A stretch of 62,377 bases of DNA, counting the filler. It is 4 parts of 4 records of this genome, joined end to end, with 100 filler letters (N's around TTAATTAATTAA, not from the genome) between each part and the next. Parts side by side here need not be neighbours in the genome. Positions count along the whole stretch, not along the records: positions 1 to 22,483 come from DRR378314_861; positions 22,584 to 40,317 come from DRR378314_866; 2 more parts are not named here. One strand, written 5' to 3'. Below the pieces are notes generated by a model. It saw only the letters and a program-made list of their open reading frames with translations, searched no databases and was not told where the DNA came from. A program made the translations under genes and the position numbers. Shown here one piece after another: positions 20,901-31,673 of this stretch (its first letter is position 1; every line of letters starts with the position of its first letter).

Positions 20901-22349
20901 ATGCTCAGGCGCACCAAGATCGTTGCCACCCTCGGCCCCGCAACCGACTCACCGGAATCCTTATCGGCCATTATTGCCGCCGGCGTCGACGTGACGAGAC
21001 TGAATTTTTCCCATGGCAGCGCGGAAGAACACATTGAACGCGCCCAGCGGGTACGGGAATCCGCAGCCGCGAATGGCCGGTTTGTCGCCCTGCTCGCCGA
21101 CCTTCAGGGGCCGAAACTACGCATCGCGCGCTTCTCGGAAAACAAAGTGACCCTCAAGGCCGGCCAGCAGTTCATCTTGGACGCCAGCATGGACAAGGAA
21201 GCCGGTAATGAAGAGCGCGTCGGCATTGATTACGAGCAACTGATCGAAGACGTCAAACCGGGGGATATCCTGGTGCTGGACGACGGTCGAATCGAGATGG
21301 AAGTGGAATCCGTTGACGGCAGCAGCATCTCCTCCCGCGTTCTCATCGGCGGCCCGCTGTCCAACAACAAGGGCCTGAACAAGCGCGGCGGCGGCCTCTC
21401 GGCCGAGGCGTTGACCGAGAAGGACAAGCAGGACATCAAAACCGCCGCCCGCCTGGGCGCCGACTACGTGGCGGTTTCGTTCGTGCGCACGGCCGAAGAC
21501 ATGCACGTGGCCCGTCGCCTGCTGAAGGAGGCCGGCTCGGAAGCGCGCCTGGTGGCCAAGATTGAACGCGCGGAACTGGCCCATGACAACGCCGCCCTGG
21601 ATGCGGTCATTGATGCGTCCGATGCGGTTATGGTGGCCAGGGGCGATCTGGCTGTTGAGATTGGCGACGCCGAGCTGGTGGGCGTGCAGAAGCACATCAT
21701 CAACCGCGCCCGCGCCCTGAACACGGTGGTCATTACCGCCACCCAGATGATGGAGTCGATGATCGAAAACCCGATGCCCACGCGGGCGGAGGTGTCCGAC
21801 GTGGCCAACGCGGTGATGGACTACACGGATGCGGTGATGCTGTCCGCAGAAACGGCCGTTGGCGATTATCCGAAGGAAGCGGTGGAAGCCATGGTGCGGA
21901 TTTGCATGGGAGCTGAAAAGCACCCGTCGATGCACCAGTCCAAACACCGCATCCATGAGAGCATGGAGTATGTGGATGAGGCGATTGCGCTGTCAGCAAT
22001 GTACGCGGCCAATCACCTGGACGGTGTGACGTCGATCATCTGCATGTCTGAAACCGGTGCCACGCCTCTGCTGATGTCCCGCATCAAGTCTAGCCTTCCG
22101 ATTTTCACGTTCTCCCGCAATCATTCGACCCAGCATCGGGTGACGATGTTCCGTGGCGTTCAGACGGTGCCGTTTGATTCGGCGACGATTCCGCCCGAGC
22201 AAACAAACTCACGCGCGGTGGCTGAGCTGGTTCGAATGGGCGTGGTCAGTGAGGGTGATCTGGTGGTGATTACCAAGGGTGACTATGTGAATGCCCAGGG
22301 TGGTACGAACACCATGAAGATAGTTCGTGTTGGGGCTGACATCCGATAG
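20901..22349 (+). CDS. pyk: Pyruvate kinase
   Basis: [61 protein letters not shown]. Confidence 0.97.
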   Translation: MLRRTKIVATLGPATDSPESLSAIIAAGVDVTRLNFSHGSAEEHIERAQRVRESAAANGRFVALLADLQGPKLRIARFSENKVTLKAGQQFILDASMDKEAGNEERVGIDYEQLIEDVKPGDILVLDDGRIEMEVESVDGSSISSRVLIGGPLSNNKGLNKRGGGLSAEALTEKDKQDIKTAARLGADYVAVSFVRTAEDMHVARRLLKEAGSEARLVAKIERAELAHDNAALDAVIDASDAVMVARGDLAVEIGDAELVGVQKHIINRARALNTVVITATQMMESMIENPMPTRAEVSDVANAVMDYTDAVMLSAETAVGDYPKEAVEAMVRICMGAEKHPSMHQSKHRIHESMEYVDEAIALSAMYAANHLDGVTSIICMSETGATPLLMSRIKSSLPIFTFSRNHSTQHRVTMFRGVQTVPFDSATIPPEQTNSRAVAELVRMGVVSEGDLVVITKGDYVNAQGGTNTMKIVRVGADIR

Positions 22350-22436
22350 TTGATGCTTGGGAGGCCTCGTCTTTTGCAGCCCGCGGACTTGGTGCTCGGT
22401 TTCACCTAGCCTGCGAGTTTGGTGCTTAGAGGCATC

Positions 22437-22483
22437 GGGGCGGGGCTTCCCAAAAACGCTACGAGCACATCCATGTGCGCTTG
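22437..22483. repeat. Probable truncated REP/MITE-like repeat at the end of contig 1
   Basis: Contains the hairpin GCACAT-CC-ATGTGC (22465-22478) and the contig breaks inside it. Resemblance to a dispersed Marinobacter repeat is from memory and unverified. Confidence 0.35.
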
Positions 22484-22583
22484 NNNNNNNNNNNNNNNNN
22501 NNNNNNNNNNNNNNNNNNNNNNNNNNNTTAATTAATTAANNNNNNNNNNNNNNNNNNNNNNNNNNNNNNNNNNNNNNNNNNNN
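22484..22583. other. Artificial contig linker (N44-TTAATTAATTAA-N44)
   Basis: Exactly 100 bp with stops in all six frames, identical at three positions. Confidence 0.98.
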
Positions 22584-22584
22584 G

Positions 22585-22707
22585 GTCGAGGAGGCCTTTG
22601 TGATCTATCGCCCCACCGGGCAGATCATGTGGGCACTGGTGGATGGTGCCGCGCAGGATGAAATTGTCCTGCGCCTTGGCGGTGTCGACCACGACCTTCT
22701 GGCCTAA
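22585..22707 (+). CDS. 3' fragment of a gene, probably the C-terminus of an RTX/Ca-binding type I-secreted protein
   Basis: Reads VEEAFVIYRPTGQIMWALVDGAAQDEIVLRLGGVDHDLLA* from the contig edge. Resembles C-termini of roseobacter RTX-type proteins (recall, unverified). Confidence 0.45.
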   Translation, partial: VEEAFVIYRPTGQIMWALVDGAAQDEIVLRLGGVDHDLLA

Positions 22708-22879
22708 GGGCACTTGCCTCCTCGTTTCTGGCTGCCCTGCGCGGCCTGCCTCCTGTCACTCCGGCGCATACATATGTGCCGGAGTCTCCTCGGTTGCGCC
22801 AGTAAGGAGACCGGCGCAGACTTGCGGAATCTGGCGGTTTGGCTAGGAACTGAGCTGTTCACTTCGAGAGAGGTCTCGC

Positions 22880-24313
22880 ATGCATATTACCCCCATTCTT
22901 CTCTGCGGTGGATCCGGGACCCGGCTCTGGCCTCTGTCACGCAAGAGCTATCCCAAGCAGTTCGTGCCATTGATGGGAGAAGAAACGCTGTTCCAGGCCT
23001 CGGCCAGACGGCTGGCGGGAACCACGGGGGACCTTTCTTTTGCGCCGCCAGTGGTGCTGACCAACTCTGATTTTCGCTTTATCGTGACCGAGCAACTGCA
23101 GGCCATCGGCATCGACCCCGGTGCCGTGGTAATCGAGCCGGAAGGGCGCAATACCGCCCCGGCCATCCTTGCCGCCGCGCTGCGGGTGCGGGCGCAGGAT
23201 CCCGATGCCGTGCTCTTGGTGGCGCCCTCCGACCATGTGGTGCCGGATGTGGCGGCCTTCCACGCAGCTGTGACACAGGGGCTAGCGGCGGTTGAAACCG
23301 GTCAGCTGGTGACCTTCGGTATCACGCCGACCCACGCGGAGACCGCTTATGGTTACCTCGAACTGGCGGAGACTCCTGCTGCCACCGGGGCGCCCGTCGC
23401 ACTGAAGCAATTTGTGGAAAAACCCGACGCCGGTCGCGCGGCCGAGATGCTGGCAGCGGGCAATTTCAAATGGAATGCGGGCATCTTCCTGTTTGCAGCC
23501 AAGGACATCATCGCCGCCTTCGAAGCTCATGCGGCAGATCTGATCGCCCCGGTGCAGGCCGCGCTGGATGAGGCGCAGGTGGACCTCGGGTTTCTGCGCC
23601 TCGCACCTGCCCCCTGGGGGCAGGCGGCGGATATTTCGATCGACTATGCAGTGATGGAACGGGCAGCCAATCTCTCGGTCGTGCCCTTTGATGCGGCCTG
23701 GTCCGACCTTGGCGGCTGGGATGCGGTCTGGCGCGAAGCGGGGCCGGATGAAAACGGCGTTGTGGTCAGCGGGGATGCAACGGCGATCGACTGCCACGAC
23801 ACGCTGCTGCGTTCGGACAGTGACCGGCTGGAGGTGGTCGGCATCGGGCTTGAGGGCATCATGGCGGTGGCGATGAACGACGCGGTGCTGGTGGCGGATA
23901 AATCCCGCGCCCAGGACGTAAAATTGGCGGTGAGCGCCCTGAAGAAAAAAGGCGCGGCGCAGGCCACCGCCTTTCCCAAGGATCACCGCCCCTGGGGCTG
24001 GTTCGAAAGCCTGGTGGTCGGCAGCCGCTTTCAGGTCAAGCGTATCCTGGTGCATCCGGGCGCTAGTCTCAGCCTGCAGAGCCACTTCCACCGCTCCGAA
24101 CATTGGATCGTCGTGGAGGGCACCGCCAAGGTGACGGTGGATGACGAGGTGATGCTGGTCACCGAGAACGAGAGCGTCTACATCCCGCTGGGGGCGGTGC
24201 ACCGGATGGAGAACCCCGGAAAAGTGCCGATGGTTCTTATCGAAGTGCAGACCGGCACCTATGTGGGAGAAGACGACATCATCCGTTACGAAGACGCCTA
24301 TGCAAGAGGATAA
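22880..24313 (+). CDS. manC: Mannose-1-phosphate guanylyltransferase/mannose-6-phosphate isomerase
   Basis: LCGGSGTRLWPLSRKSYPKQF, EPEGRNTAPA, FVEKP, SIDYAVME, WSDLGGW, C-terminal cupin RPWG...HFHRSEHW. Confidence 0.95.
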   Translation: MHITPILLCGGSGTRLWPLSRKSYPKQFVPLMGEETLFQASARRLAGTTGDLSFAPPVVLTNSDFRFIVTEQLQAIGIDPGAVVIEPEGRNTAPAILAAALRVRAQDPDAVLLVAPSDHVVPDVAAFHAAVTQGLAAVETGQLVTFGITPTHAETAYGYLELAETPAATGAPVALKQFVEKPDAGRAAEMLAAGNFKWNAGIFLFAAKDIIAAFEAHAADLIAPVQAALDEAQVDLGFLRLAPAPWGQAADISIDYAVMERAANLSVVPFDAAWSDLGGWDAVWREAGPDENGVVVSGDATAIDCHDTLLRSDSDRLEVVGIGLEGIMAVAMNDAVLVADKSRAQDVKLAVSALKKKGAAQATAFPKDHRPWGWFESLVVGSRFQVKRILVHPGASLSLQSHFHRSEHWIVVEGTAKVTVDDEVMLVTENESVYIPLGAVHRMENPGKVPMVLIEVQTGTYVGEDDIIRYEDAYARG

Positions 24314-24316
24314 GTC

Positions 24317-25483
24317 ATGAAAATCGCAGTGGCAGGCTTGGGCTATGTGGGCCTTTCCAACGCCGTCCTTCTGTCGCAGCACAACGAGGTTGTCGCCGTC
24401 GATATTTCCGCATCCCGGGTGGATATGGTCAATGCCAGCCAATGCCCGATCGTGGACCCTGATCTGGAAGAGTTCCTTGGCAATCGCGCGCTGTCCCTTT
24501 CAGCCACCACCGATGGGGCAGCTGCCTACCGGCACGCGGATTACGTGATCGTAGCCACGCCGACGAACTATGACCCCAAGCATAATTATTTCGACACCTC
24601 CAGCGTCGAGGCGGTGATCGCGCAGGTCATCGCAGTGAACCCGTCCGCCACCATTGTCATCAAATCGACCATCCCGGTGGGCTTCGTCACCGATGTCCGG
24701 GCGCGGCTTGAAACCGATCAGGTGATTTTCAGCCCCGAGTTCCTGCGCGAGGGCCAGGCGCTTTATGACAATCTGCATCCTTCGCGCATTATCGTGGGCG
24801 AACGTTCGGATCGGGCACGTCGTTTTGCAGATTTGCTGTTGGAGGGCGCTGAGGAGACAGATGTTCCGATCCTCTTCACCGACCCGGATGAGGCCGAGGC
24901 AATCAAGCTGTTTGCCAATACCTATCTTGCCATGCGGGTGGCCTTCTTCAACGAACTGGACAGCTATGCCATGGCCGGCAGCATGGACACGCGCCAGATC
25001 ATCGAGGGCATCAGCCTGGATCCCCGCATCGGAGGCCATTACAACAATCCGTCGTTTGGCTATGGCGGCTATTGCCTGCCCAAGGACACCAAGCAGCTCT
25101 TGGCCAATTACAATCACGTGCCGCAGAATCTCATTCGCGCCATTGTCGACGCCAACCGCACCCGGAAAGATTTTCTCAGCGATCAGATTCTGATGCGCGG
25201 GCCGAAGGTGGTGGGGATCCACCGGTTGGTGATGAAGGCGGGGTCCGACAATTTCCGCCAGTCGTCCATCCAGGGCATCATGAAACGGCTGAAGGCCAAG
25301 GGGGTCGAGGTGATCGTCTACGAGCCAGTGCTGGAGGACGATAGTTTCTTTCACAGCCGGGTGATCCGCGATCTGGAGACCTTCAAGTCACAGGCCGACC
25401 TGATCGTGGCCAACCGGCTGACGGATGAAATCCGCGACGTGGCGGACAAAGTCTTCACCCGCGACCTGTTTGGCGGCGACTGA
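24317..25483 (+). CDS. ugd: UDP-glucose 6-dehydrogenase
   Basis: [47 protein letters not shown]. Confidence 0.95.
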   Translation: MKIAVAGLGYVGLSNAVLLSQHNEVVAVDISASRVDMVNASQCPIVDPDLEEFLGNRALSLSATTDGAAAYRHADYVIVATPTNYDPKHNYFDTSSVEAVIAQVIAVNPSATIVIKSTIPVGFVTDVRARLETDQVIFSPEFLREGQALYDNLHPSRIIVGERSDRARRFADLLLEGAEETDVPILFTDPDEAEAIKLFANTYLAMRVAFFNELDSYAMAGSMDTRQIIEGISLDPRIGGHYNNPSFGYGGYCLPKDTKQLLANYNHVPQNLIRAIVDANRTRKDFLSDQILMRGPKVVGIHRLVMKAGSDNFRQSSIQGIMKRLKAKGVEVIVYEPVLEDDSFFHSRVIRDLETFKSQADLIVANRLTDEIRDVADKVFTRDLFGGD

Positions 25484-25493
25484 TCGGAACGAC

Positions 25494-26537
25494 ATGCAAA
25501 CTGTTCTTGTAACCGGGTCGGCCGGATTTATAGGCTTTCACCTCAGCAAATTGCTGTTGGAAAAGGGGTTTCGGGTTGTTGGCCTTGATGCGCTCAACGA
25601 TTATTACGAGGTGTCCCTGAAAGAGCGCCGCCATGCGATGCTGGTACAGCAGGCCCAAGCCGGGGGCCTGTTTGTGCCGATCATCGAGGCGGTCGAAACG
25701 CCCGGCGTACTCCAGGACATCTTCTCCTCTTATAATCCAGATTATGTTATACATCTGGCCGCCCAGGCCGGGGTGCGCTATTCGATCGACAACCCGCGGG
25801 CCTATCTGAACAGCAATATCATTGGCACATTTGAACTGCTGGAAGCCGCCCGCGCCCATCCGCCACGGCATATGCTGCTGGCCTCGACCTCCTCGGCCTA
25901 TGGCGCCAATACCGAAATGCCCTATCAGGAAACGCAGAAGGCAGATCATCAGATGTCCTTCTACGCGGCGACGAAAAAATCGACCGAGAGCATGGCCCAT
26001 TCCTATGCGCATCTTTTTGACCTGCCGGTCACGATGTTCCGCTTCTTCACCGTTTACGGCCCCTGGGGGCGACCCGACATGGCGCCTTCCAAATTCACCA
26101 AGGCGATCCTCGAAGGGCGCGCTATCGATGTCTACAATCACGGCGACATGCAGCGGGACTTCACCTATGTGGAAGATCTGGTGGAGGCGATCCGGCTGCT
26201 GATGGCCGCGGTGCCCGAACGCCCCGCTGACGGTCGTGTGCCAGAGGGAGACAGCCTGTCACCAGTGGCACCGTTCCGGGTGGTCAACATCGGCAATTCC
26301 ACCTCGGTGCCGCTCACCGACTATATTGCCGCCATTGAGCGCGCCACCGGCCTTGCAGCCGAACGCAACCTGATGCCGATGCAGCCGGGTGATGTACCTG
26401 CGACATGGGCCGATGCAACCTTGCTGCGGCGCCTCACCGGCTATGTGCCGCAAACCGGCATCGACGAGGGCATGGCCCGTTTCGTGCAGTGGTACCGGGA
26501 TTATTACAAACTCAACGAGGCCGGGCAGGCCCGCTGA
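25494..26537 (+). CDS. NAD-dependent epimerase, UDP-glucuronate 4-epimerase type
   Basis: VTGSAGFIG, HLAAQAGVRYS, YAATKK, RFFTVYGPWGRPDMA, MQPGDV. Confidence 0.88.
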   Translation: MQTVLVTGSAGFIGFHLSKLLLEKGFRVVGLDALNDYYEVSLKERRHAMLVQQAQAGGLFVPIIEAVETPGVLQDIFSSYNPDYVIHLAAQAGVRYSIDNPRAYLNSNIIGTFELLEAARAHPPRHMLLASTSSAYGANTEMPYQETQKADHQMSFYAATKKSTESMAHSYAHLFDLPVTMFRFFTVYGPWGRPDMAPSKFTKAILEGRAIDVYNHGDMQRDFTYVEDLVEAIRLLMAAVPERPADGRVPEGDSLSPVAPFRVVNIGNSTSVPLTDYIAAIERATGLAAERNLMPMQPGDVPATWADATLLRRLTGYVPQTGIDEGMARFVQWYRDYYKLNEAGQAR

Positions 26538-26586
26538 CACTTCGCCATCTACGCGTCATCGGACAAGGATAGCGCGAGCTAAACGC

Positions 26587-27558
26587 CTAGCCCAGACCGG
26601 CGCGCAGGCAATCGTGGATGTGCAACAGTCCCACCACGCGGTCCTCTGCATCCAGCACGAAGAGCGCCGAGATCTTGCGGCTGTTCATCTCGTGCAACGC
26701 TTCGGAGGCCAGGGAGCCGCTGCGGATCACTTTGGGGCCACGGGTGGCGACCTCGCCGGCGTTGCGCGCCATCAGCCCGTCCATGTTGCGCCGCAGGTCG
26801 CCATCGGTGATGATGCCCAGGAGCCGCCCGCCTTCAACCAGCCCCGCAAGACCAAACCCCTTGGCGGTCATGGTCAGCAGCGCCTCCGACATCGGTGTGT
26901 CGGGATCCACCAGCGGCAGGGCCTCGCCTTTGTGCATCAGCCCGTCCACCAGCATCAGCTGCGCGCCCAGCTTGCCGCCGGGGTGGAAGACCTTGAAATC
27001 CTCGCGCTCAAAGCCGCGCCGCTTCATCACCGCCACCGCCAGCGCGTCGCCCATCGCCAGCGTCGCCGTGGTCGAGGTGGTCGGCGCCATGCCGATGCCG
27101 CAGGCCTCCGGAGCGTCGGGCAGCAAGAGCGTCACATCCGCCTGGGTGGCCAGGGTGCTGTCGGGCTTGCGGGTGATGGCGATCAGCGGAATGCCGAAGC
27201 GGCGGCTGTAGGTGACAATGTCGGTCAACTCCGAGGTCTCGCCCGAGTTGGACAACACCAGGCAGACATCGCGCGGCGTCACCATGCCCAGATCGCCATG
27301 GCTGGCCTCGGTGGCATGTACAAATTGCGCCGGCGTGCCAGTGGAGGCCAGGGTGGCGGCGATCTTGTTGCCGATATGGCCGGATTTGCCGACACCGGAG
27401 ACAATGACGCGCCCCTCCATCGCCTCGAGAATCTCCACCGCCCTGAGCTGTGCGGCGCCCAGTTCAGAGGCCATTCGGGTCAGGGCGGCGGCCTCGACGG
27501 TCAGCACGCGGGCCATTTCGGCAAGGGTTTCGTCAGAGGTCAGCACTCGCGGGGTCAT
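26587..27558 (-). CDS. kdsD: Arabinose-5-phosphate isomerase (KdsD/KpsF/GutQ, SIS+CBS)
   Basis: GVGKSGHIG, ASTGTPA, EASHGDLG, SNSGET, APTTSTT, FHPGGKLG, and a CBS pair. Confidence 0.92.
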   Translation of the reverse strand: MTPRVLTSDETLAEMARVLTVEAAALTRMASELGAAQLRAVEILEAMEGRVIVSGVGKSGHIGNKIAATLASTGTPAQFVHATEASHGDLGMVTPRDVCLVLSNSGETSELTDIVTYSRRFGIPLIAITRKPDSTLATQADVTLLLPDAPEACGIGMAPTTSTTATLAMGDALAVAVMKRRGFEREDFKVFHPGGKLGAQLMLVDGLMHKGEALPLVDPDTPMSEALLTMTAKGFGLAGLVEGGRLLGIITDGDLRRNMDGLMARNAGEVATRGPKVIRSGSLASEALHEMNSRKISALFVLDAEDRVVGLLHIHDCLRAGLG

Positions 27559-27968
27559 GGCGCGGTCTCCGGGCTCGAGGGTGGTATTACGTCCCTTGTG
27601 TAGGCGGCGCGATCGGGAAAGACCAGCGTCGCGCCACAGCCTGTTTGCGTGTCATCTGATGGCTTCCTGAACGAGGCAGACAAAAATTCAGGTCCATGTC
27701 GAAAAATGCGGTGCATAAACGTCCTAGGGGCATGAACCACCATATGGAAAGGACATGGACATTCGCCGCATCATTGGCTTCGCAAAGGGAAACCTTGTCG
27801 ATCCTTGCAATAATGCCGCTCACGCAGCCTTGCTGAACTTGGGATATATGGAAAAGATCGGCCGGATCTCACAGGCGTAAACACAGGTCTCTCGCATCCG
27901 ACAAACGCTTCTGCCAGAGGCCCCATCAAGAACAATTTGGTGAATTCTAGATTCCGATGACTCGCAGG

Positions 27969-29114
27969 TTAGAGCATAAATCTGCTGTGCTTCGCATGCC
28001 GTGCCACCAGTTGTTGGATGGCCCCGCCTTTTTGCAGGATAAAGCGCGCGGGTTCAGCTGTGAAGCCCGGGGCACTCAGCTCGGGGAAAAGGGTCTTGAT
28101 TTCCTGTTTTGCTTCAGGCGACACGCTTTTCAGCGCTTCCGGCCCGGTAAACAGGCTTTCAGTCGGCATTCCCTCGGCGAAGATGACCTCATGCTTGTCT
28201 AAGAGCAAATGCCAATAGGTGATGCTTGTGAGATCTTCGGCGATTTCGACCCCGGCATGGCTGAGCAACTTAATGGCGGGGACCAAAACCTCCATCGCCC
28301 CGAACATCCTCTGTGCGATCTTTGACCGGATCAGAACCCGATGTTGAGGGCTGACGATCAAGTCGCGTTCGGGGAGGCCCTGACCGAGAGTGCCGGCCTT
28401 AATGCGCACCGGGCGCAGCTTGGGGGACGATTTCAGATCTGCGGCAGACATTTCCCGCGATCCAATCCACCGGATCCGCTGCAATCCGTTGTCCTGGGTG
28501 AGGATCATATCCCCGACATTAAGCTCCTCAATCAGATGGACGCGGTCAGCGCCCTGGATCGAGGTGCCTGTTGTGAAGCAGACCGGAGTGTAGGCATTGT
28601 CGTAATTTGGCCCTAGATAGCGACCGTAATTGCCCTGTTGGGTCGCATTCTGAGGAAACGAAATCGATGCAACTTGTGGCATCTGGTTCAACGACGCTAG
28701 CATGCTGTCGCTGAAATCCAGCACGACCTTGTAACCGGTTGAAGAATCCAGAATGCGGACAGGCAACTGCTGTCCTCCAAAATCATTCTGCGTGAGCGTG
28801 GTCCCATCCACGAGTGTGACCTGGTACTGATGTATGCCGACGACATAATCCAATAGACCGGATGCAGCACCGAGAGTATCCCCGGGACCGACCGTGATAC
28901 GATCCTGTACTCGAGACCCATTCAGGTCATCGACATAGGGATCAGTCGTCCCTGATCTATCGCGGATCGTGGCTGTGGTGCTCTCGGCGATAAAATCACC
29001 AGTTGCAAATCCGTCTACGCCAAAGGTGGTCCCACGTAGCTGGTTTACGATTGCCCCCGAACCGTCCCAACCGAGATTGGTATTCAGCATGAATTGATCA
29101 GTGTAGTCTACCAT
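27969..29114 (-). CDS. Hint-domain (bacterial intein-like, BIL-B type) protein with an unrecognised N-terminal domain
   Basis: Hint starts at VCFTTGTSI. IEELNVGDMILTQDNG, RWIG, DLIVSPQHRVL, YWHLLLDKHEVIFAEGMPTESL. Confidence 0.88.
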   Translation of the reverse strand: MVDYTDQFMLNTNLGWDGSGAIVNQLRGTTFGVDGFATGDFIAESTTATIRDRSGTTDPYVDDLNGSRVQDRITVGPGDTLGAASGLLDYVVGIHQYQVTLVDGTTLTQNDFGGQQLPVRILDSSTGYKVVLDFSDSMLASLNQMPQVASISFPQNATQQGNYGRYLGPNYDNAYTPVCFTTGTSIQGADRVHLIEELNVGDMILTQDNGLQRIRWIGSREMSAADLKSSPKLRPVRIKAGTLGQGLPERDLIVSPQHRVLIRSKIAQRMFGAMEVLVPAIKLLSHAGVEIAEDLTSITYWHLLLDKHEVIFAEGMPTESLFTGPEALKSVSPEAKQEIKTLFPELSAPGFTAEPARFILQKGGAIQQLVARHAKHSRFML

Positions 29115-29329
29115 CTAAAACACCTATACGGAGGACTGTGATACGTTCCTGAGCCTATATTTACCCGATATTTACCAAGTAACGTTGCCCTGAGGCAAGG
29201 GGGATCGTTTGGCCGCCCGTTTTGATACTATCCGACTTGGCAACCCTGTCTCGTTTTCGGATCCGTTATATTAACATCAGAGGCCTGGATACGACGCCAG
29301 CCAGCCTGCGGACCCCGCGCAGGGGGGCA

Positions 29330-29507
29330 AAGCATGTTTCGAGACTCCCGGCATGATAGCGGGTGGCGGCACGACCGGCGCACCGCCCACAGAATGACCT
29401 CTCGCGGAAACCAATGTGGCTTGAACGGTGTGCGCCGGGGCATCAGAGCCTCCTCAACGAGGGACAACGGGTGTTCGGACATCGCGCGCCGTCAATGCAA
29501 CGGACCC
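29330..29507 (-). mobile_element. IS6-family insertion sequence remnant (left IR plus degenerate transposase N-terminus)
   Basis: Minus-strand GGGTCCGTTGCA (29507-29496) resembles the IS26-type IR GGCACTGTTGCA. GAGGAGG RBS, then from 29443 MPRRTPFKPHWFPREVILWAVRRSCRHPLSCRE, matching the IS6 transposase N-terminal pattern. Similarity is lost after about 38 codons. Confidence 0.7.
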
Positions 29508-29531
29508 GATGACAAAGGCCAGCCCCCTGCC

Positions 29532-30785
29532 CTAAACGTCCGGCAGGCGGATTGGCGGCGCGGTGGTGACCAGACGGTTGATCTGGCGCAGATGCTCCGG
29601 CAGGCAGCGGGTCAGGAAATCATAGTCCCGCATTACCCGCGCCCGCGCCTGCCCGCCCAGTTCGGCAAACTCATCAGGCCGCGCCAGCACCTCGGCCACC
29701 TGTGCCGCCAGCGCCTCAGGGTTGAAGAAATCCACCAAAAGACCGGTCTCCCCGTGGCTGATCGCCTCGCGCACCGGCGCCACATCGGCGGCCACGATGG
29801 TGGCCTCCATCGCCATCGCCTCCAGCAGCGACCAGCTGAGCACGAAGGGCATGGTCAGATAGATATGGCAGCGCGACAGCTGGATGATCCGGCACAGATC
29901 GCCATATGGCACCCGGCCGAGGAAATGCACCCGGCTCCAGTCCACGTGCTGGCCGACCTCTGCCTCCATCTCGCCGCGCAATCCGCCGGGGTGATCGCTT
30001 TCGCGCCCATAGGAGGCCTCATTGCCGCCGATCATCAGGATGCGGGCATTGGGCCGCGCCGCCTGGATCGCCGGCAGGGCGCGCATCATGATGTGAAAGC
30101 CGCGGGCGCGCTCCATGTTGCGGGCCACATAGGTGACCACCTCATCGGCGCGGGAAATCGGCTGGCTCAGCCGCCCGAGGGTGATGTCCGCATCCGGGTT
30201 TGCCTGCAGCCGGTCGGCGCGGATGCCATCGTGGCAGACATACATCTTGTCGTGAAAGCTGGCCGGGAACCGATCCCGCTGCCAAAGCGTCGGCACATGG
30301 CCCAGATCCACCACATCGCGGTTGAGACTGGGCACCACGTTGCGGGCGCGGTTGAAATAGGGCGCATGCGGTCCGGGGGGCTGTTCGGGGTCAAAGCCCA
30401 CCATACCGCCCTCCATATTATAGTAATATTCAAAGAACCCGAGGATCGGCACCTCCGGCCACAGATCCTTGAAGAACGAAAGCTCCCCCCAGCCGGTATG
30501 GCCGAGGATGATGTCGGGGCGAAACCCGGTCTCCTGCTCAAAGGCCTGCATCGCCTGAACTGCGCCAAAGCCTGCGCCAGCGGCCATCTCCCAATCCTTG
30601 GCGAGACCAAACGCGTCCTTGGCCGGTTTGTGAAAGGGTTTGTAGGACAGCGTATGCACGCCCGGGATCTTCACGTCGCCGCGCTGTGTCAAGAACACCA
30701 ATTCATGGCCGCCCTGCGCCGCCAGCCAATGCGCCAGCTCGCGATACTGGCCCGGCATGTTCTGATGCACGAATAGCAGCTTCAT
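29532..30785 (-). CDS. Glycosyltransferase family 4 (GT-B)
   Basis: LFVHQNMPGQY, HTGWGE, and C-terminal HIYLTMPFVLSWSLLEAMA...APVREAI...GLLVDFF. Confidence 0.88.
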   Translation of the reverse strand: MKLLFVHQNMPGQYRELAHWLAAQGGHELVFLTQRGDVKIPGVHTLSYKPFHKPAKDAFGLAKDWEMAAGAGFGAVQAMQAFEQETGFRPDIILGHTGWGELSFFKDLWPEVPILGFFEYYYNMEGGMVGFDPEQPPGPHAPYFNRARNVVPSLNRDVVDLGHVPTLWQRDRFPASFHDKMYVCHDGIRADRLQANPDADITLGRLSQPISRADEVVTYVARNMERARGFHIMMRALPAIQAARPNARILMIGGNEASYGRESDHPGGLRGEMEAEVGQHVDWSRVHFLGRVPYGDLCRIIQLSRCHIYLTMPFVLSWSLLEAMAMEATIVAADVAPVREAISHGETGLLVDFFNPEALAAQVAEVLARPDEFAELGGQARARVMRDYDFLTRCLPEHLRQINRLVTTAPPIRLPDV

Positions 30786-30800
30786 CCGCCCTGCTCCGCC

Positions 30801-31673
30801 TTAGTTCAAAAGCCGCTTCAGATAGGTCCCATAGCTGTTTTTCTTGAACAGTTCCGCCCGCTCGGCCAGCGCGTCACGACTGATCCAGCCGGCGTGATAG
30901 GCGATCTCTTCCAGACAGCCGGTCTGCAGCCCCTGACGTTCATGCAGGGTGCGCACGAAGTTGCCCGCATCCAGGAGGCTGCCGTGGGTGCCCGTGTCCA
31001 GCCAGGCATAGCCGCGGCCCATGGTCTCCACCGACAGCTGACCCTCATCGAGATACATCTGCAACAGGTCGGTGATCTCCAGCTCGCCCCGTGCGGAGGG
31101 CTGAACCTCCTTGGCGCGTGCAGGCGCGGTTTCATCCAGAAAATACAGCCCGGTCACTGCGTAATTCGACGGCGGTACATCGGGCTTTTCGATAATCTGT
31201 TGCGCGCGGCCTTCGCCATCAAAAGAGACCACACCGTACCGCTCGGGATCGGAGACGTGATAGCCAAAGACGGTCCCGCCCGCTGGTTTGGAATCCGCCG
31301 CCGCCAAGAGCTCCGGCAGCCCGTGCCCAAAGAAGACATTGTCGCCCAACACCAGCGCCGAGGGGGCGCCATTCAGGAACTCTTCCGCCAGGATGAACGC
31401 CTGCGCCAGACCATCGGGGCTGGGCTGTTCCACATAGGTCAGGCTGACGCCCCATTGGCTGCCATCGCCGAGCAAGCGTTTGAACTGATCGGCATCCTGC
31501 GGCGTGGTGATGACGCAAATCTCGCGAATGCCCGCCAGCATCAGAACCGAGATCGGATAGTAGATCATCGGCTTGTCATACAGCGGCAGCAGCTGCTTCG
31601 ACACAGCCATGGTGATCGGATAGAGCCGGGTGCCGGAGCCTCCGGCGAGAATGATGCCCTTGCGCTCGGTCAT
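30801..31673 (-). CDS. rmlA: Glucose-1-phosphate thymidylyltransferase
   Basis: [60 protein letters not shown] overlap with rmlD. Confidence 0.96.
   Translation of the reverse strand: MTERKGIILAGGSGTRLYPITMAVSKQLLPLYDKPMIYYPISVLMLAGIREICVITTPQDADQFKRLLGDGSQWGVSLTYVEQPSPDGLAQAFILAEEFLNGAPSALVLGDNVFFGHGLPELLAAADSKPAGGTVFGYHVSDPERYGVVSFDGEGRAQQIIEKPDVPPSNYAVTGLYFLDETAPARAKEVQPSARGELEITDLLQMYLDEGQLSVETMGRGYAWLDTGTHGSLLDAGNFVRTLHERQGLQTGCLEEIAYHAGWISRDALAERAELFKKNSYGTYLKRLLN

Noticed and set aside
22528-22539. TTAATTAATTAA palindrome occurring three times
   Set aside because: Synthetic six-frame stop linker embedded in N runs, not biological.
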